A program made the translations under genes and the position numbers. The notes below the pieces were generated by a model. That model made no database searches. It was not told where the DNA came from and saw only the letters and a list, made by a program, of their open reading frames with translations. Positions 37,751 to 50,781 of a stretch of DNA of 64,000 nt are shown in pieces; the first letter of the stretch is position 1, and the number at the start of each line of letters is the position of its first letter. The stretch is from assembly GCF_000143415.4 (NCBI RefSeq), contig NW_003314379.1, forward strand, positions 124,001-188,000, in the 5' to 3' direction. The stretch comes from Selaginella moellendorffii (taxonomy: Eukaryota > Plantae > Lycopodiophyta).

Positions 37751-40700
37751 GCTCGTGGGATTGTACCGGACCCTTGTTTCGTAGCGCAACGGGCTTGAAT
37801 TCGACTCCAAATTCAGGTGCGCTACAAATTGAACTCCCGCGATATTGAGACTAGTCCCTCAATATTCGCTAGATGATAGCTTACCGTGTCTGCCAAACAC
37901 CCTCGCTATCACGGCCTTTGTGTTGGTCTCATTTCGGTCCCAAATGCTATTTATGGAAAGTGTCTAGATTAGCTCATTTGGCATATTTACGGAATGTAGA
38001 GATCGACCTGAACACAATGGTGTTCATCCCGTGTCCAAATTCACAATCTAAGGACATTTCATATTTAGTAAGTTTCAGACTTGTCCCAAGGACTAACTCC
38101 TGGTACTAAAGGAGGCTTGGGGTGAAAGCCCAAAGCATGTGTCCTGTAAGGGGGGGGGGGGGCTGTGGGGGGTTCCAAATGTATAATAGGGATAGTGGTT
38201 GGAATGCATGTCCGACCACTTGAGACATTAATTTGGCTCCTGCTGGGCTGTGTTGTTCCTTGTTCTGCGTCCGGCTTGGGTCTAAGCCCAAGCTCCATGC
38301 TGCTCTAGTCGGTGGAGTACCCTCCTTCTCGCATTAGGCCACTGGTATGCCAAAATTGTGCCAGACTCCGTCTGACACCATTTTGCGTGCAGGTGCTGGA
38401 TACGGGGAGCTGGTGCTCGTGGGATTGTACCGGACCCTCGTTTCGTAATGCAACGGGCTTGGAGTTCGGCTCCAAATTTAGGTGTGCTACATTTCTCTAG
38501 GCTCCCCTTAAGCCAACTGGAAAAGGGGCAATTGCTTGATGAAAAAGCCCTTAGTGGCTATTTTATCCCTATTTATCCCCCAAGGTTCCAAGGATCCACG
38601 GTGACAATATATCCAAATCTCATCCCATGATCACATGTGCTACACTCACCCCCCCTTTAGAGATGTCAATGTTCTCATTGACTATTGATTAACAACCCCT
38701 ACTGAGCCAATGTTCTCATTGACTATTGACTAACAACCCCTACTGAGCCAAGGGGAACTAGTACTTCCATTTTCACACTCAATCTACCAATCCTTCCATT
38801 GTGTAAATTAGCTATTCCATGTGAGGCAACTAGTCATCCACCTGTACCGCAGTCCCACGGTGGATACCTTCATCTAGGATACTCCTCAAGAGGAAGAACG
38901 TACGTATGGATGCCCAATACAATTTAGGGGTAGGAATATACCTTGCTCAAGGGTATATTATATTTTAAGTAGCCACTAATCAATGGGAATCGAACCCGTG
39001 CCATTTGGTATCAAAGGATGAGTCTCGGCGAGTACTATCCAATGAGATTGGGCAACTAGTCTCATTGCATACGCAGAGATGAAAACGATGATCCGAGTGG
39101 GTACATGTTTGGGTGCAAAAGGCTTCGCAATTGGTTCCTTGGGTATGGATATTATTACCTTGTTGTACCTTGTGATGTGAGTTTGCTCTTGGGCTCATAG
39201 GATGGATTTGAGATGTTCCGTTCACACGAGTTTGAGCTTGGGCTTGTGAGTGAGGCACATTAGCAACTCGAGGTTACACTTTGAGTTGGCAGGATTAATG
39301 TTAGCCTATCGGTGGTTCCATGAGTTGTTCCATGTACCAAGGGTGAAAGTAAACCTTCCCTGGGTTTGCTATGAGTTGCAAATAGACTGGTCCGTAGCTG
39401 TTTAGCACGGCACTAGTGGATCCTTCCTAGGCATGTTTATAAGTGGATCAATCAAGACTGTAGGGATGAGTCTATTAATTTCAAGTAATTGATGCCGTGC
39501 TCTCTCATAAACTTTTCTTGGATTGGACTGAAGGCAGTGCGAAAGCAAGCTTGAGGTTTAGTCAGAGATAAGACCGAAAAGAGAGTCGTCAAGGACAAAG
39601 GATCAAACATGTAAGTCATTTTCTCTTTTTGAAGAAATGATTTGCAACGAGGTGTTAACTCATTGCTTGTGTTCACAATATGCAATCAAGAGTCCCTACC
39701 TTGATGCATCTTATAGATGATGGTCTTACAAATGGTGAGTTGTGGGATGGATAGCAGTGAAGCACTAAACCATTTTGTCTAGGCTTGCTATTAGAAGATT
39801 TGGGTTGCAATGCTCAATTTTTTTTCTGGGTTGCAATGCTCAATTCTTTTTCGAGGAACCTTGCTATTGCTCCTTGAGTAGTTTGGTGTTGGATTAGTTT
39901 TGAGTTTGGTTGGAAAGAGAATGGCATGAGCTTGTCTGTGTTGTAAACAAAAGTTAATGGTGTTAGGTGTTGTAAATCTCTATCAGTGGAGTGTGGCATT
40001 TATGTTGCATTTTGTCGGGTCGAGTTGACATTTGATACTCACATAAACCTTTGAAGTAATGACATGGGTGTTGCTCATGGTGTTGCTCAATTGATGATCA
40101 AGTCATTGTGATATTTATATCATATCCATGTGATAGTGAGCAATGTGTTTACGAAGTTGCTTAGTTAAACAATGATCAACCCTAAAGTGGCTGATAGTGA
40201 AGCTAGTCTACTTGCACGAAGTAGCATTGTAGTAGCTTTGACTAGATTCTCGATGGTGGTCCATTATGCTAAGTTTAAGTTGGTTCCTTGTTTCCTTGAG
40301 GGTTTGCCCATGAGGTGTTTGGAAAAGGTTATAGCATTCACTTGCTATAGTTTGTTGGTTGATCCGTTAGCACTTGGAGTAGATTGTTGGATGGAGAAGA
40401 TGTGTAGTTGAGGCATTTACATCACTAACATTTGTGTTAGTGGAAGTGGCATTGTTATTTCAAGTGATGAGGATTTTCCTTAGAGCTTGATTTTCTGTGT
40501 CATTTTTCTTGTTAGTGTTTAGGCTTCACATTGGATCTTGAAGGTGGTTGAAAAAGAGTGTTAGTGCAATATAAATATCTGAAGATGTGGTCTTCGTGAT
40601 CAAACCTTGGATGTTCACTTTGCATTTCACGGATGTCAGTGTTAGATGTCGGATATATAGGCAAAAAGACGTTCAATGCTTAAGCATATTATGGGTTTTG

Positions 40701-43700
40701 AGAATTTGTGTTGAGGTGAACCTATGTGAAGTTGTTAGTAGAGGGAAGTTGGTTGAGTCTTGAAAGTTTGCATTCCTGGACTGAGAGTCATTCTTTCTCT
40801 AGGATGGAAATTTTCCACAAACTTTCTTAGACTTTTCCAATAGCTAATCTATTGATCACTTTGCTCGAAAACCATTCCGTTTTCGTAAAGCCAGTACAAA
40901 CTAGTGAAGGGGGTAGAGTTAACTTTGGTTAATTTAGACCTTAGTAGGTAGTTTGTATGATGCGGCCCGAAAGGGATACTGACTTTTGGGGCTAAGGCAA
41001 TTGAGTTGGATAGAGTCTGGAGTTAGTGTAAAAAAGTGGCCGTTGTGCTTTTCTAAGAAGGGTGACCGTTGTGCCTTTTTTCTGTAGCATTGTGCTTAGT
41101 GGCAGATTGCACCTTGCATTTCATTAGACTCTATGAGAGTAGTGAACTCTCACTGATCTTGACTTAGTCTTGGTGGCCCTACTCCTTGGCTGAGGATGGT
41201 GATGTCCAACTTAATTGTTTGAGGTTAAGATGTTGGTACCCGTACTATAGCTTTGTCTATGAGGAGGTTGTGTACTGATATGAGTTCATCTCATGGTCTT
41301 CACTTTAGTTTCGACTAAGTGTTAATTATGCATAGCTAGCCTCTTCAAGGCATGCTCAGAGCTATTGACTAAATGTGTCAGTGAGTTTGTCGCGGTTGAG
41401 TTGGATTCGAGTGGTCATTTAGTTCGTGCTTGTCCATGAACCTTTATCTCGCTGGACAAGTATATGACTCGATGACAAGAGTTTAGTGTTGGGTCTTGTG
41501 AAGGCAAGTTGAAGAGTGATTGTTGGTTGCTTTGCAACTAGTGATTACCTGTAAACTTAGTTGAGGACTGTTGACACTTGTTTCACTCGATGAAGATTTA
41601 TCAGTGATGGGCTTGCTTTATCAATGGTGTTGCGGAGAATCGTGTCGTTAGACTTACATGGGTTTTCCATGTTGATATATCGACTTTGCCTCTATCGATA
41701 TCATTTGGTTGCGTTTAGTTCATAGTGTTAGATTTCATTGAGTCTTGGTCGTGGTGAATCACTTCTTGATGAAGTATTATCTGTAGCTGAGTATTGTTGG
41801 AGGATTAGTCTCGGATACTAAGTATAGTATCTTCGACTTTGGTTAGCTTGGTTGCTAAAGAGTTTTGAGTAGTGACTCACACTTGCTTTCTTTTAGCTTT
41901 GTTCTGGTATTGATGGCATTGAAGTGATGCCTTGTCATTGACATTGTTAATGTTGAGATTTCAGTGTAATGAGATATCTCTCCAAAAGATTGATGTCGAG
42001 TTTTCATTAATCTCGATGAAGATAGTGCTGATGATTTGGCTATGGCTTTGTGTTATTGGCACTCATGCATTTGCTAGTTAGCAACTTTATTAACATTCAA
42101 ATGAACTGAGTGGCAAGTTTGAGTTAGTTGTGTTCTAGACGAGATTGTTTAGTAGAGGTTAAGCTTTGAGTTTTTCCTTGAAAAATGATTTTAGTCATAG
42201 ACTATGCTAACTCTACAAGCGGAAGAGTTAGTGATTGATATTGAAGATGTTTGAATCCTTCTTGGATTTGAGTTAGAATATGTCAATCATTGATGATTCT
42301 TCTTGTGCTTGTTATGAAGTGAGTTACGTCTTGCTATAGATGGATTCATGGAGGATTGTTTGGTGATCACTTGTTAAGCATAGCTTTGTTATGCTTAGCT
42401 TTTGGATTGATGCAGACATGCTCTTCATTAGCTTTGGCATTATGAAGTTTAACTTATGGATGTGTTGAGGAGGATATTGTGGGTTACCCCATGATTTCTT
42501 TGTAAGCGACTAATTTTTCCATTCTACTTTAGTCACTTAACCGCACCTCCGACCACTTAGAGGAGTCTCATTCACAACCTCCATAAGTCCCTCTCAGCAC
42601 TTGGGGCTTGCTAGCCCCGAGAATGGCATCCATGCCACTCAACCTTTACACTTGGTCCAAGTGCTCCATGTGTTCGGTCCGATGACCGACACCCCAAGGC
42701 ACCACCAACATACCAGCCCGTTACACTAGGCTATGCCCAATCACCTTGGTCACATCGGTGGTCTAACACCACCTGTATTGCAATCCCGTCTCTCCAAGAC
42801 TGGGCCATCCGTCCATGAGTGGTCATCCCAGATCCACTCCTTAGCATCCTTCGGATGCCCACAGACATGGGGAATAGCCTTCCCCAACATCTCTTTTTTG
42901 GTCCCCACCAAGTCCCTCTCTGTCCTTGGCCGTGTTTTTGGAGCCTCGCTTATTGCTCGCTTCGTGCTCGTTCCTCAAGCACTTCGTTGGGAGTTCCACT
43001 CCCACTCTCGACCTTTTCAAGTCGGAGCTTTTAGTCCAAACATGTTACGCTCGTTTGGTTTTCACTTCGGCCACTACCATGTGGCACCCTTTCGGCTCCA
43101 CTTTGGGGCCTAGGGATTTTGTGTCTCACAACTCCACCACCCATAGACGAAGTTCGATATCCTCATCGAACGATAAACTATTTTATAAAGTAATACTAGC
43201 TTGTATTACACTTTCCATCCTTGGCACCTCGCCAATATTCGTCAATGGTTTCACCGAAGGCTCACCATGACTTGTTCACCCTTTAAAGAGCATAGTCTCT
43301 CCAACTTAGAGACTCATTCGACCACTTGTGGTGGTCCTCTCCTTTTATTGGTTGAGTTCTTGTTAAACATGTTAGAGACATCTTTTCTAACTCAATCCCA
43401 CTACTCATTCTCGAGTAGTCTCAATTTCCACCGATATAACCCTTGCACTTTGGAATTTTTAATTCTGACTTCTCGAAGTCAATTTCCTGGGTGTCTTTGA
43501 CACCTTGCATTGCACATATTGTGCAACTCCACTTCCCCATCCTAGGAAGTCCTCTACTCGAGGGCAACATCATCCTCTCTTCAACTTCGTGCCACCTTTG
43601 GCACTAAGTTCTGGTTATCAGAATTTGTGCTAGGGTTGTCCATGGCTCTATCTTTTGGCTACTTTGCCGCTCCCTCACTTGGAGCTTTCACTTCGCCACA

Positions 43701-46700
43701 TTGGAGCACTTAGGAATCCATCCTTGGAAGTCCACTTCCTTTCCACAAGCCGTTAGCATCAAACACATTAGTGTTCCTTGGCTAACTTTGCCATTTGGAT
43801 CCCTTCCATTAAATTCCATAGCCCAAACTTAGCCACTAGTCCTTTGCTTCTATCCTTGATTGTTGCACCCAGCAACATAGGATCGCTACCTCCATTTTCG
43901 AGGTATCCCTTTGGTTCCATAGCAAAGATTCTTCTTTGCCAAGTCCGGAAGATGTTCACCCCTAGTACGTCTCTTTAGCATCTTCTGCTATGGGCTCTAT
44001 CCACGGCCCAACTTTGTGACCTTCCTATGGGTCTCTTAGAGAAACTACTTCCCTCGGACTCACTATGCCATTGCACGGACACAATTTATTTCCCTTAGGT
44101 GCTCTTCCCACTTGGTCATCATGACCAAGCCACACCATCTTAAACAGTTCAATTCAACATTTTGAACCAGGAACTTTATTCCTTAGCCAACTAAGGACCT
44201 TGTCCTTATTTGGCCATAAGATCACCCAGTGATCTCACCTTGGCACCTTAACAGAGTTGCCAAGAGGTACTTGGTCTTCTAAACCTTCAAGTTGTTAACC
44301 ATAACCCCAGGGGCATCCCCCACACTTGGCGGTGCACCCAAGCCAACCCTTACGGCCAAGGGTTCATAGCAACTGAGATTAAGTGTCCCCATCTCACTCA
44401 CCACGTCCTTGGTGCCATTTGCACCAAAACGTTCAAGTTAGATATGCCGAGGTTTCACACTAAGAAATCTAACTGTGCATCACGACTCCGAGGCATCCCT
44501 CGCTTGGCGGTGTGCCCAAACCAGTCTCCCCATTGAGAGTCCATGACCACCGAAATATGAGTGTCCTCATATTCCAAACCATCACCACGCCTTAGTGAGT
44601 TGGGACTCGAACCCAAGCACTAGAGGGTCGGGACTCGAACCCAACCTCCGTATATGCATCTACGGATGGCATCACCTAGGATGCCTGGCGTGACTCCCCA
44701 CGCCGGTGCACCAACTTTCATTTAAAGTGCGTTACAGATCACAACTTAGGAACCTAGTTCCTCCACACTGCCAAGTCTTCTCACTTGACAAGTTTGTGAT
44801 CATGCATGGACTCCTCCATGCTTGGCCCCATGGGCCACCCCTTTGAAATTGGCTCCTTCAACTAGGGTATTCGTTCCCCCAACTTGCCAATCTCACTTAG
44901 CAAATTATCTGGCCACCGTAATATGGTTCATGCATAAGTGTGAAAGTCCTCAATCATTGACTTTCGTTCAAAGCCCTCTCTTTGAACACTCGGGAACTAC
45001 TTCCCCAACTTTAATAAGCTCGCATCATGGCAAGCTTCAAGACCACGCTTCTGCTGCACCACTCTGATTTCACGCGTTCTATGAACCATTTACACTTGGC
45101 TTTCTAGGTATCTAGCTATTTAGAATTGTCTTTGGGAACCTTTCGAAGGAACTCTGTCCCTTTAGCTTGCTAAGGCCTCTCCTTTCGCAAGCTTTCCAAT
45201 TGCCATATAGTCTAACATGGACAATCCTATGTTTTTGACTCTCCATGGCATCCTAGTAACAATATACTTGAGTGCCCACTTGATTCTCCACTCCTAACTT
45301 GTATAACCACCTTTGGTCATGCCTGTCAATTCCTATGGTTCGGTTCTATCCCTTTACTACTTGCCTTTTGGCCTCATACATTTCCTTCGGTCATTCTCCT
45401 CCAGACTAGGAAGATAGCTTTGCACTTTCTACCATGCTTTGGCAAGTATTCATAGGGATGAACCTACTTGACAGCCTAGGAGTGGTTCCTCAATCCGGGT
45501 TTGCTCATTTTGTAATCCCATACCCTAGGATTATCGTTGCTACTTATGAGCCTTTATATGCCCATCCATAGCCTTGCCAAAATCCCCTTTTGGCTTTGTC
45601 CAATTCGAGTAGATGGACTTCTCCCATCTCCGCAACCTTGGACATTTGGATAGCACCTCTTATCCATCATTCGCTAGGGACTTTATCCCTTGGGCATTGT
45701 CCATTGCCCTCACGACACCAAACAACACCTTTTGGTGTTCTAGAGTGTCTGGGTATCCCAATGATGGCCTCTCTGACAATGAACATTCCCTTTTCAACAT
45801 TGACTTACTATATCGCAACATAAGCAATTTATCCTTCATAAGGGTATATCTAACTTCTTTATCCCAATAAGAAGTCTTAGGTAGTTGCCTTCTACCAGTT
45901 TAACGAATTATTTTGCACCTTTTGCTTAGTTGCCTCATAGTTGTCAAGTCCTACAACTCATTGCTAGTGCTTCCACACCTCCATCATTATCTGGGTCACC
46001 ACACTCTAACCGCATACCTTCTAGCTTAGGATATGCCATTCCCATTTCCATTGGGATTCCTTTGGACGGGGTTCTCATGAACCCGCCAACTTGACCTCAA
46101 GGCAGCACGCCTTGGCACCTTCGGTGTCTCCACACCATCGGCTCCATGAGCCTACCTTTATGACACTTCTTACTTGTGTCTAGGTCTTTTTGCCAAGACC
46201 AATATGGTTGTCTCTTATGCCAATTATCCATTAGCATTGCACTATAGTGTTTGCACCCAAATCTGGGCCAAAGTTGTTTACTTTTGGGAACATCTTTCCT
46301 ACAACTTTAGCATGGCACATTCTGCCATCAATGAGATACCTACTGTTCTCATCCTTGGATCTTATAATCCTCCCCATACCTCATGGGGCACCATACACCT
46401 CAGTCCAAATGCTTCACCCAATCCCTTAGGGCCATTCCCTGACTCCACTTGAGTCATCCAGCATTTTAGACTTTGCTAATGTAACGACCTGCAAGGTTTT
46501 AGTCTTCGAGGTGCCAACTCGCTGGAATACAACTTCTTGTATTCAGGTCCTGCTCACAAGGACCATCTTTGCAAATGTTACTCCGACACTTGATTTGTTC
46601 TCTTGGGGCAACCTTTTGCCCCTTAGGACCACTTGTCCATGTGATGAGAATACTAACTCATCCTCTGAGTACACCCCCAACTCCTTAGGTTGTTCCAGCA

Positions 46701-49700
46701 TTTATTAGAGGTAGCCCCGGCTACCATTTCAAGGACTTGTGTCCTTTTCCGTATTTGACCTCCCATGGTCATCAATTCTTGTCTCAAAGTTATGAGCACC
46801 CGCCTCAACTATATGAGGGTAATCTTATGACTCCTTTATTGTTTTGGAGTCTACATCTTCCCTGTGATCCCAACTATAGTTGTTTACCACAACTACGTTA
46901 GCCCGTTTGCTGCGTCAAACGCTCATCTGGATTACATCCTCAGCTCTCTGAGGAAACCTTTATACTGTTCCCAAGATCCCAAAGTCGTTCCATTATTAGC
47001 CCTTTTTCTATCCACCACATTGTGCCCAAGTTCACGCGTGAACTTGAGTGGAGAGCCATATCCTCTCGACGTGATACTCCTCAAGGACAGGCCCATTCCT
47101 AGGACCTTCTGATGCCAACCTCAATGGTGATATACTTGAGCACCAATAAAAGTCAGACTAAGGAACAACTCCGATACCAAATTGTAAGTGACTAATTTTT
47201 CCATTCTACTTTAGTCACTTAACCGCACCTCCAACCACTTGGAGGAGTCTCATTCACAACCTCCATAAGTCCCTCTCAGGACTTGGGGCTTGCTAGTCTT
47301 GAGAATGGCATCCATGCCACTCAACCTTTGCACTTGGTCCAAGTGCTCCACGTGTCTGGTCCGATGACCGACACCCCAAGGCACCACCAACATACCAGCC
47401 CGTTACGCTAGGCCATGCCTAATCACCTTGGTCACATCGATGGTCCAACACCACCTGCATTGCAATTCCGTCTCTCCAAGACTGGGCCATCCGTCCATGA
47501 GTGGTCATCCTAGATCCACTCCTTAGCATCCTTCGGATGCCCACAGACATGGGGAATAACCTTCCCTAATATCTCCTTTCTGGTCCCCACCAAGTCCCTC
47601 TTTGTCCTTGGCCGTGTTCGCCAACACTGCCACTGGATCAAGGCCCACAGGCCCGACCACTAAGTCCCACGGTCCTCTGGGACTTCCTCACCGCACGATT
47701 GTATCCTTGGTCACTACACCAGAGGACTACTCCTCTTCCTTTCCACAGTCTGGGCCTTTGGGACAACATTTCGAAACACCGTGGCCTTACGCAAGCCTCA
47801 TGGGTACTCTCCCCACCTTCCGCCTTTGGGTGCTCTAACCATGGGCTTAGAGCGAGGTTCCGTTGAGCCACGCCTGGTATCCAAGTAGGTAGTGCCACCC
47901 ACACTTGGACTGAGAGCATCGGCCAGTCGATCTCCCGGGGGAACTAGAGCCGGCTCTTGAACACTTCACCAAGCTACCCCGCTTGTCGGTCTGTGTTCAC
48001 TCTAGTCTTGGACTTCCCAGTGGGCAACTTATCACCCAACACTGGGTCTGGCTTTCTTGGGCCAAACTAGCCTTTCCTGGCCAAACTGGCTCCACTGTAG
48101 TCCTCCCCCTACTATACTTTTGGAGCTCACCAAACCCCCCAAGGTCTGGGAGACGAACGCTTTGGGCTTTCACCCTCTCAGACTCGAACTCAGACTCGGA
48201 CTCGGACTCGGACTCGGACTCGGCTTGGTCTCGGCCTTAGCCTCGGTCTCGGTCTCGGTCCCGATTTCGGTCTCGGTCTCCGTCCCGGTCTCGGTCCCGG
48301 TCTCGGTCTCGACTTCGGACTCCATCTCGAGTCCATCTCGAACTCCATCTCGGGTCCATCTCGGACTCCATCTCGGGTTCACCTCGGACTCCATCTCAAG
48401 TCCATCTCGGACTCCATCTCGGACTCCATCTCAGGTCCATCTTGGACTCCATCTCAGGTCCATCTCGGACTCCATCTCGGACTCCATCTCGGGTCCATCT
48501 CGGACTCCATCTCGGGTCCATCTCAGACTCCATCTCGGACTCCATCTCGGACTCCATCTCAGACTCCATCTCGGGTCCATCTCAGACTCCATCTCGGACT
48601 CCATCTCGGGTCCATCTCGGACTCCATCTCGGACTCCATCTTGAGTCCATCTCGGACTCTTCCACGTGTCATGTGTTGGTCCTTTTGGATCCCTTTTTAG
48701 AGCCTCGCTTATTGCTCGCTTCGTGCTTGTTCCTCAAACACTTCGTTGAGAGTTCCACTCCCACTCTCGACCTTTTTAAGGCGAAGCTTTTAGTCCAAAC
48801 GTGTTACGCTCGTTTGGCTTTTGCTTCGGCCACTACCATATGGCACCTTTTCGGCTCCACTTTAGGGCCTAGGGATTTTGTGTCTCATATTTTTCTTTAG
48901 CATTGAAGTTAGTTCATACAAAATTTGTGATCATTGTTAAGCAAGGACTTGGTTATAGGCTTTTTCGAGCTTTTGGTTGTTTAAGTTTTATGCTCATTGT
49001 TCCATTTGTTAAGAGTTGTTGGGGAAGGCATTTTTTTTTGCTCTTTAGCTTCGATGTTAAAGTTAGTATTGGCGTCTGGCAATCATTGGTAATGATTGAC
49101 TATCATCTTAAATAGTTGATTATCCTTGTCAAGAGTTTTGCTTGATTATTGTTGATATAGACTGAGTTGTTGTTCTTCGGGATGGTAGATTCTTTCATCT
49201 CTTTCTTGATGGGATGATTGATGTTCTTTCATGATGGTTAGTTGTTCTCTTTGATGGCTTTTGGCTTTTCGCAATACCACATGTTCTTTGTGGTTTGCTC
49301 TGGATTGGTCTCTTGGGTTTAAGACGTCAGTAGAATGTTGCTGACACTTGCTTGAGCAACTCTAGTTCCTTGGTATTATTTACCGGGATCTATAAAGATT
49401 AGCTAGTGCAATAGTTGGCATGAACAAGTGTTTGTTGGCCATGCAACATTCATTCTATTCTGTTAATTGTTGCTCAAGTTAGCTCTGATAGATTGGGATG
49501 TTATTTCCTTCAGGTGATACATTCGCGAGCATCTTGCTTGCCAGTCAATGATACTTTGTGTTCTTTGCGTTCTCTTTGGTAAGTTGTTTGGTTTACTATC
49601 TGCCCAGTTCAATAGTTAAGTTTCATCATTGAGTTTCCTTGATGATATACTTTCTATTGAATTTTGTTGGATGGTGAATCCTATATTTCCAAAAAATGAT

Positions 49701-49839
49701 AATCTTGGTGGTTCCTATCTACTATAATACTGGTTTATCGGATGATAACTTATTTGGATACTTTTGTGGTCTAATCTAAGATATATTCACTGATAATTAA
49801 GACTCTAAGATATCATTGTCTATGACTTTAATATTGTCT
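37751..49839. mobile_element. B-family copy E, inverted relative to B (LTR pieces 37751-38644; internal region 38645-49839, interrupted by D2)
   Basis: 38644 downward reads TGTAGCACATGTGATCATGGG as at 29333. 39975-42500 plus 48890-49839 is the reverse complement of ~24980-28415. Confidence 0.8.
42501..48889 (-). mobile_element. LARD-like element D2 (5' LTR 47183-48889; 3' LTR 42501-43130 with ~1.1-kb internal deletion)
   Basis: Reverse-complement homologue of D1; PBS TGGTATCGGAG next to 47183; TSD TTCTT/TTTTT; the host sequence rejoins when compared with 25885-25920. Confidence 0.87.
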
Positions 49840-50470
49840 NNNNNNNNNNNNNNNNNNNNNNNNNNNNNNNNNNNNNNNNNNNNNNNNNNNNNNNNNNNNN
49901 NNNNNNNNNNNNNNNNNNNNNNNNNNNNNNNNNNNNNNNNNNNNNNNNNNNNNNNNNNNNNNNNNNNNNNNNNNNNNNNNNNNNNNNNNNNNNNNNNNNN
50001 NNNNNNNNNNNNNNNNNNNNNNNNNNNNNNNNNNNNNNNNNNNNNNNNNNNNNNNNNNNNNNNNNNNNNNNNNNNNNNNNNNNNNNNNNNNNNNNNNNNN
50101 NNNNNNNNNNNNNNNNNNNNNNNNNNNNNNNNNNNNNNNNNNNNNNNNNNNNNNNNNNNNNNNNNNNNNNNNNNNNNNNNNNNNNNNNNNNNNNNNNNNN
50201 NNNNNNNNNNNNNNNNNNNNNNNNNNNNNNNNNNNNNNNNNNNNNNNNNNNNNNNNNNNNNNNNNNNNNNNNNNNNNNNNNNNNNNNNNNNNNNNNNNNN
50301 NNNNNNNNNNNNNNNNNNNNNNNNNNNNNNNNNNNNNNNNNNNNNNNNNNNNNNNNNNNNNNNNNNNNNNNNNNNNNNNNNNNNNNNNNNNNNNNNNNNN
50401 NNNNNNNNNNNNNNNNNNNNNNNNNNNNNNNNNNNNNNNNNNNNNNNNNNNNNNNNNNNNNNNNNNNNNN
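49840..50470. other. Assembly gap (N run)
   Basis: Run of n characters. Confidence 1.
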
Positions 50471-50781
50471 ACAGGCGCCCCCAGAACTTACTAAATATAG
50501 AATGTCTTTATATTGCAAATTTGGATATGGGACGAACACCATTGTGTTCAGGACAATCTCTACATTCCGTAGATATGCCAAATAAGCAAATCTAGACACT
50601 TTCCATAAATAGCATTTGGGACCAAAATAAGACTAACACAATGGGTATGATAGCGAGGGTGTTTGGTAGACACGGTAAGCTATCTACTAGCAAATATTGA
50701 GGGACCAATCTCAATATCGCGGGGGTTCTTGATACTAGCAAGTGCAATCCAATGACAAGAGTTTCTCAAACCAGACCGAGT

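Noticed and set aside
49816-50599. 259-aa ORFs
   Set aside because: Artefacts of the N gap.
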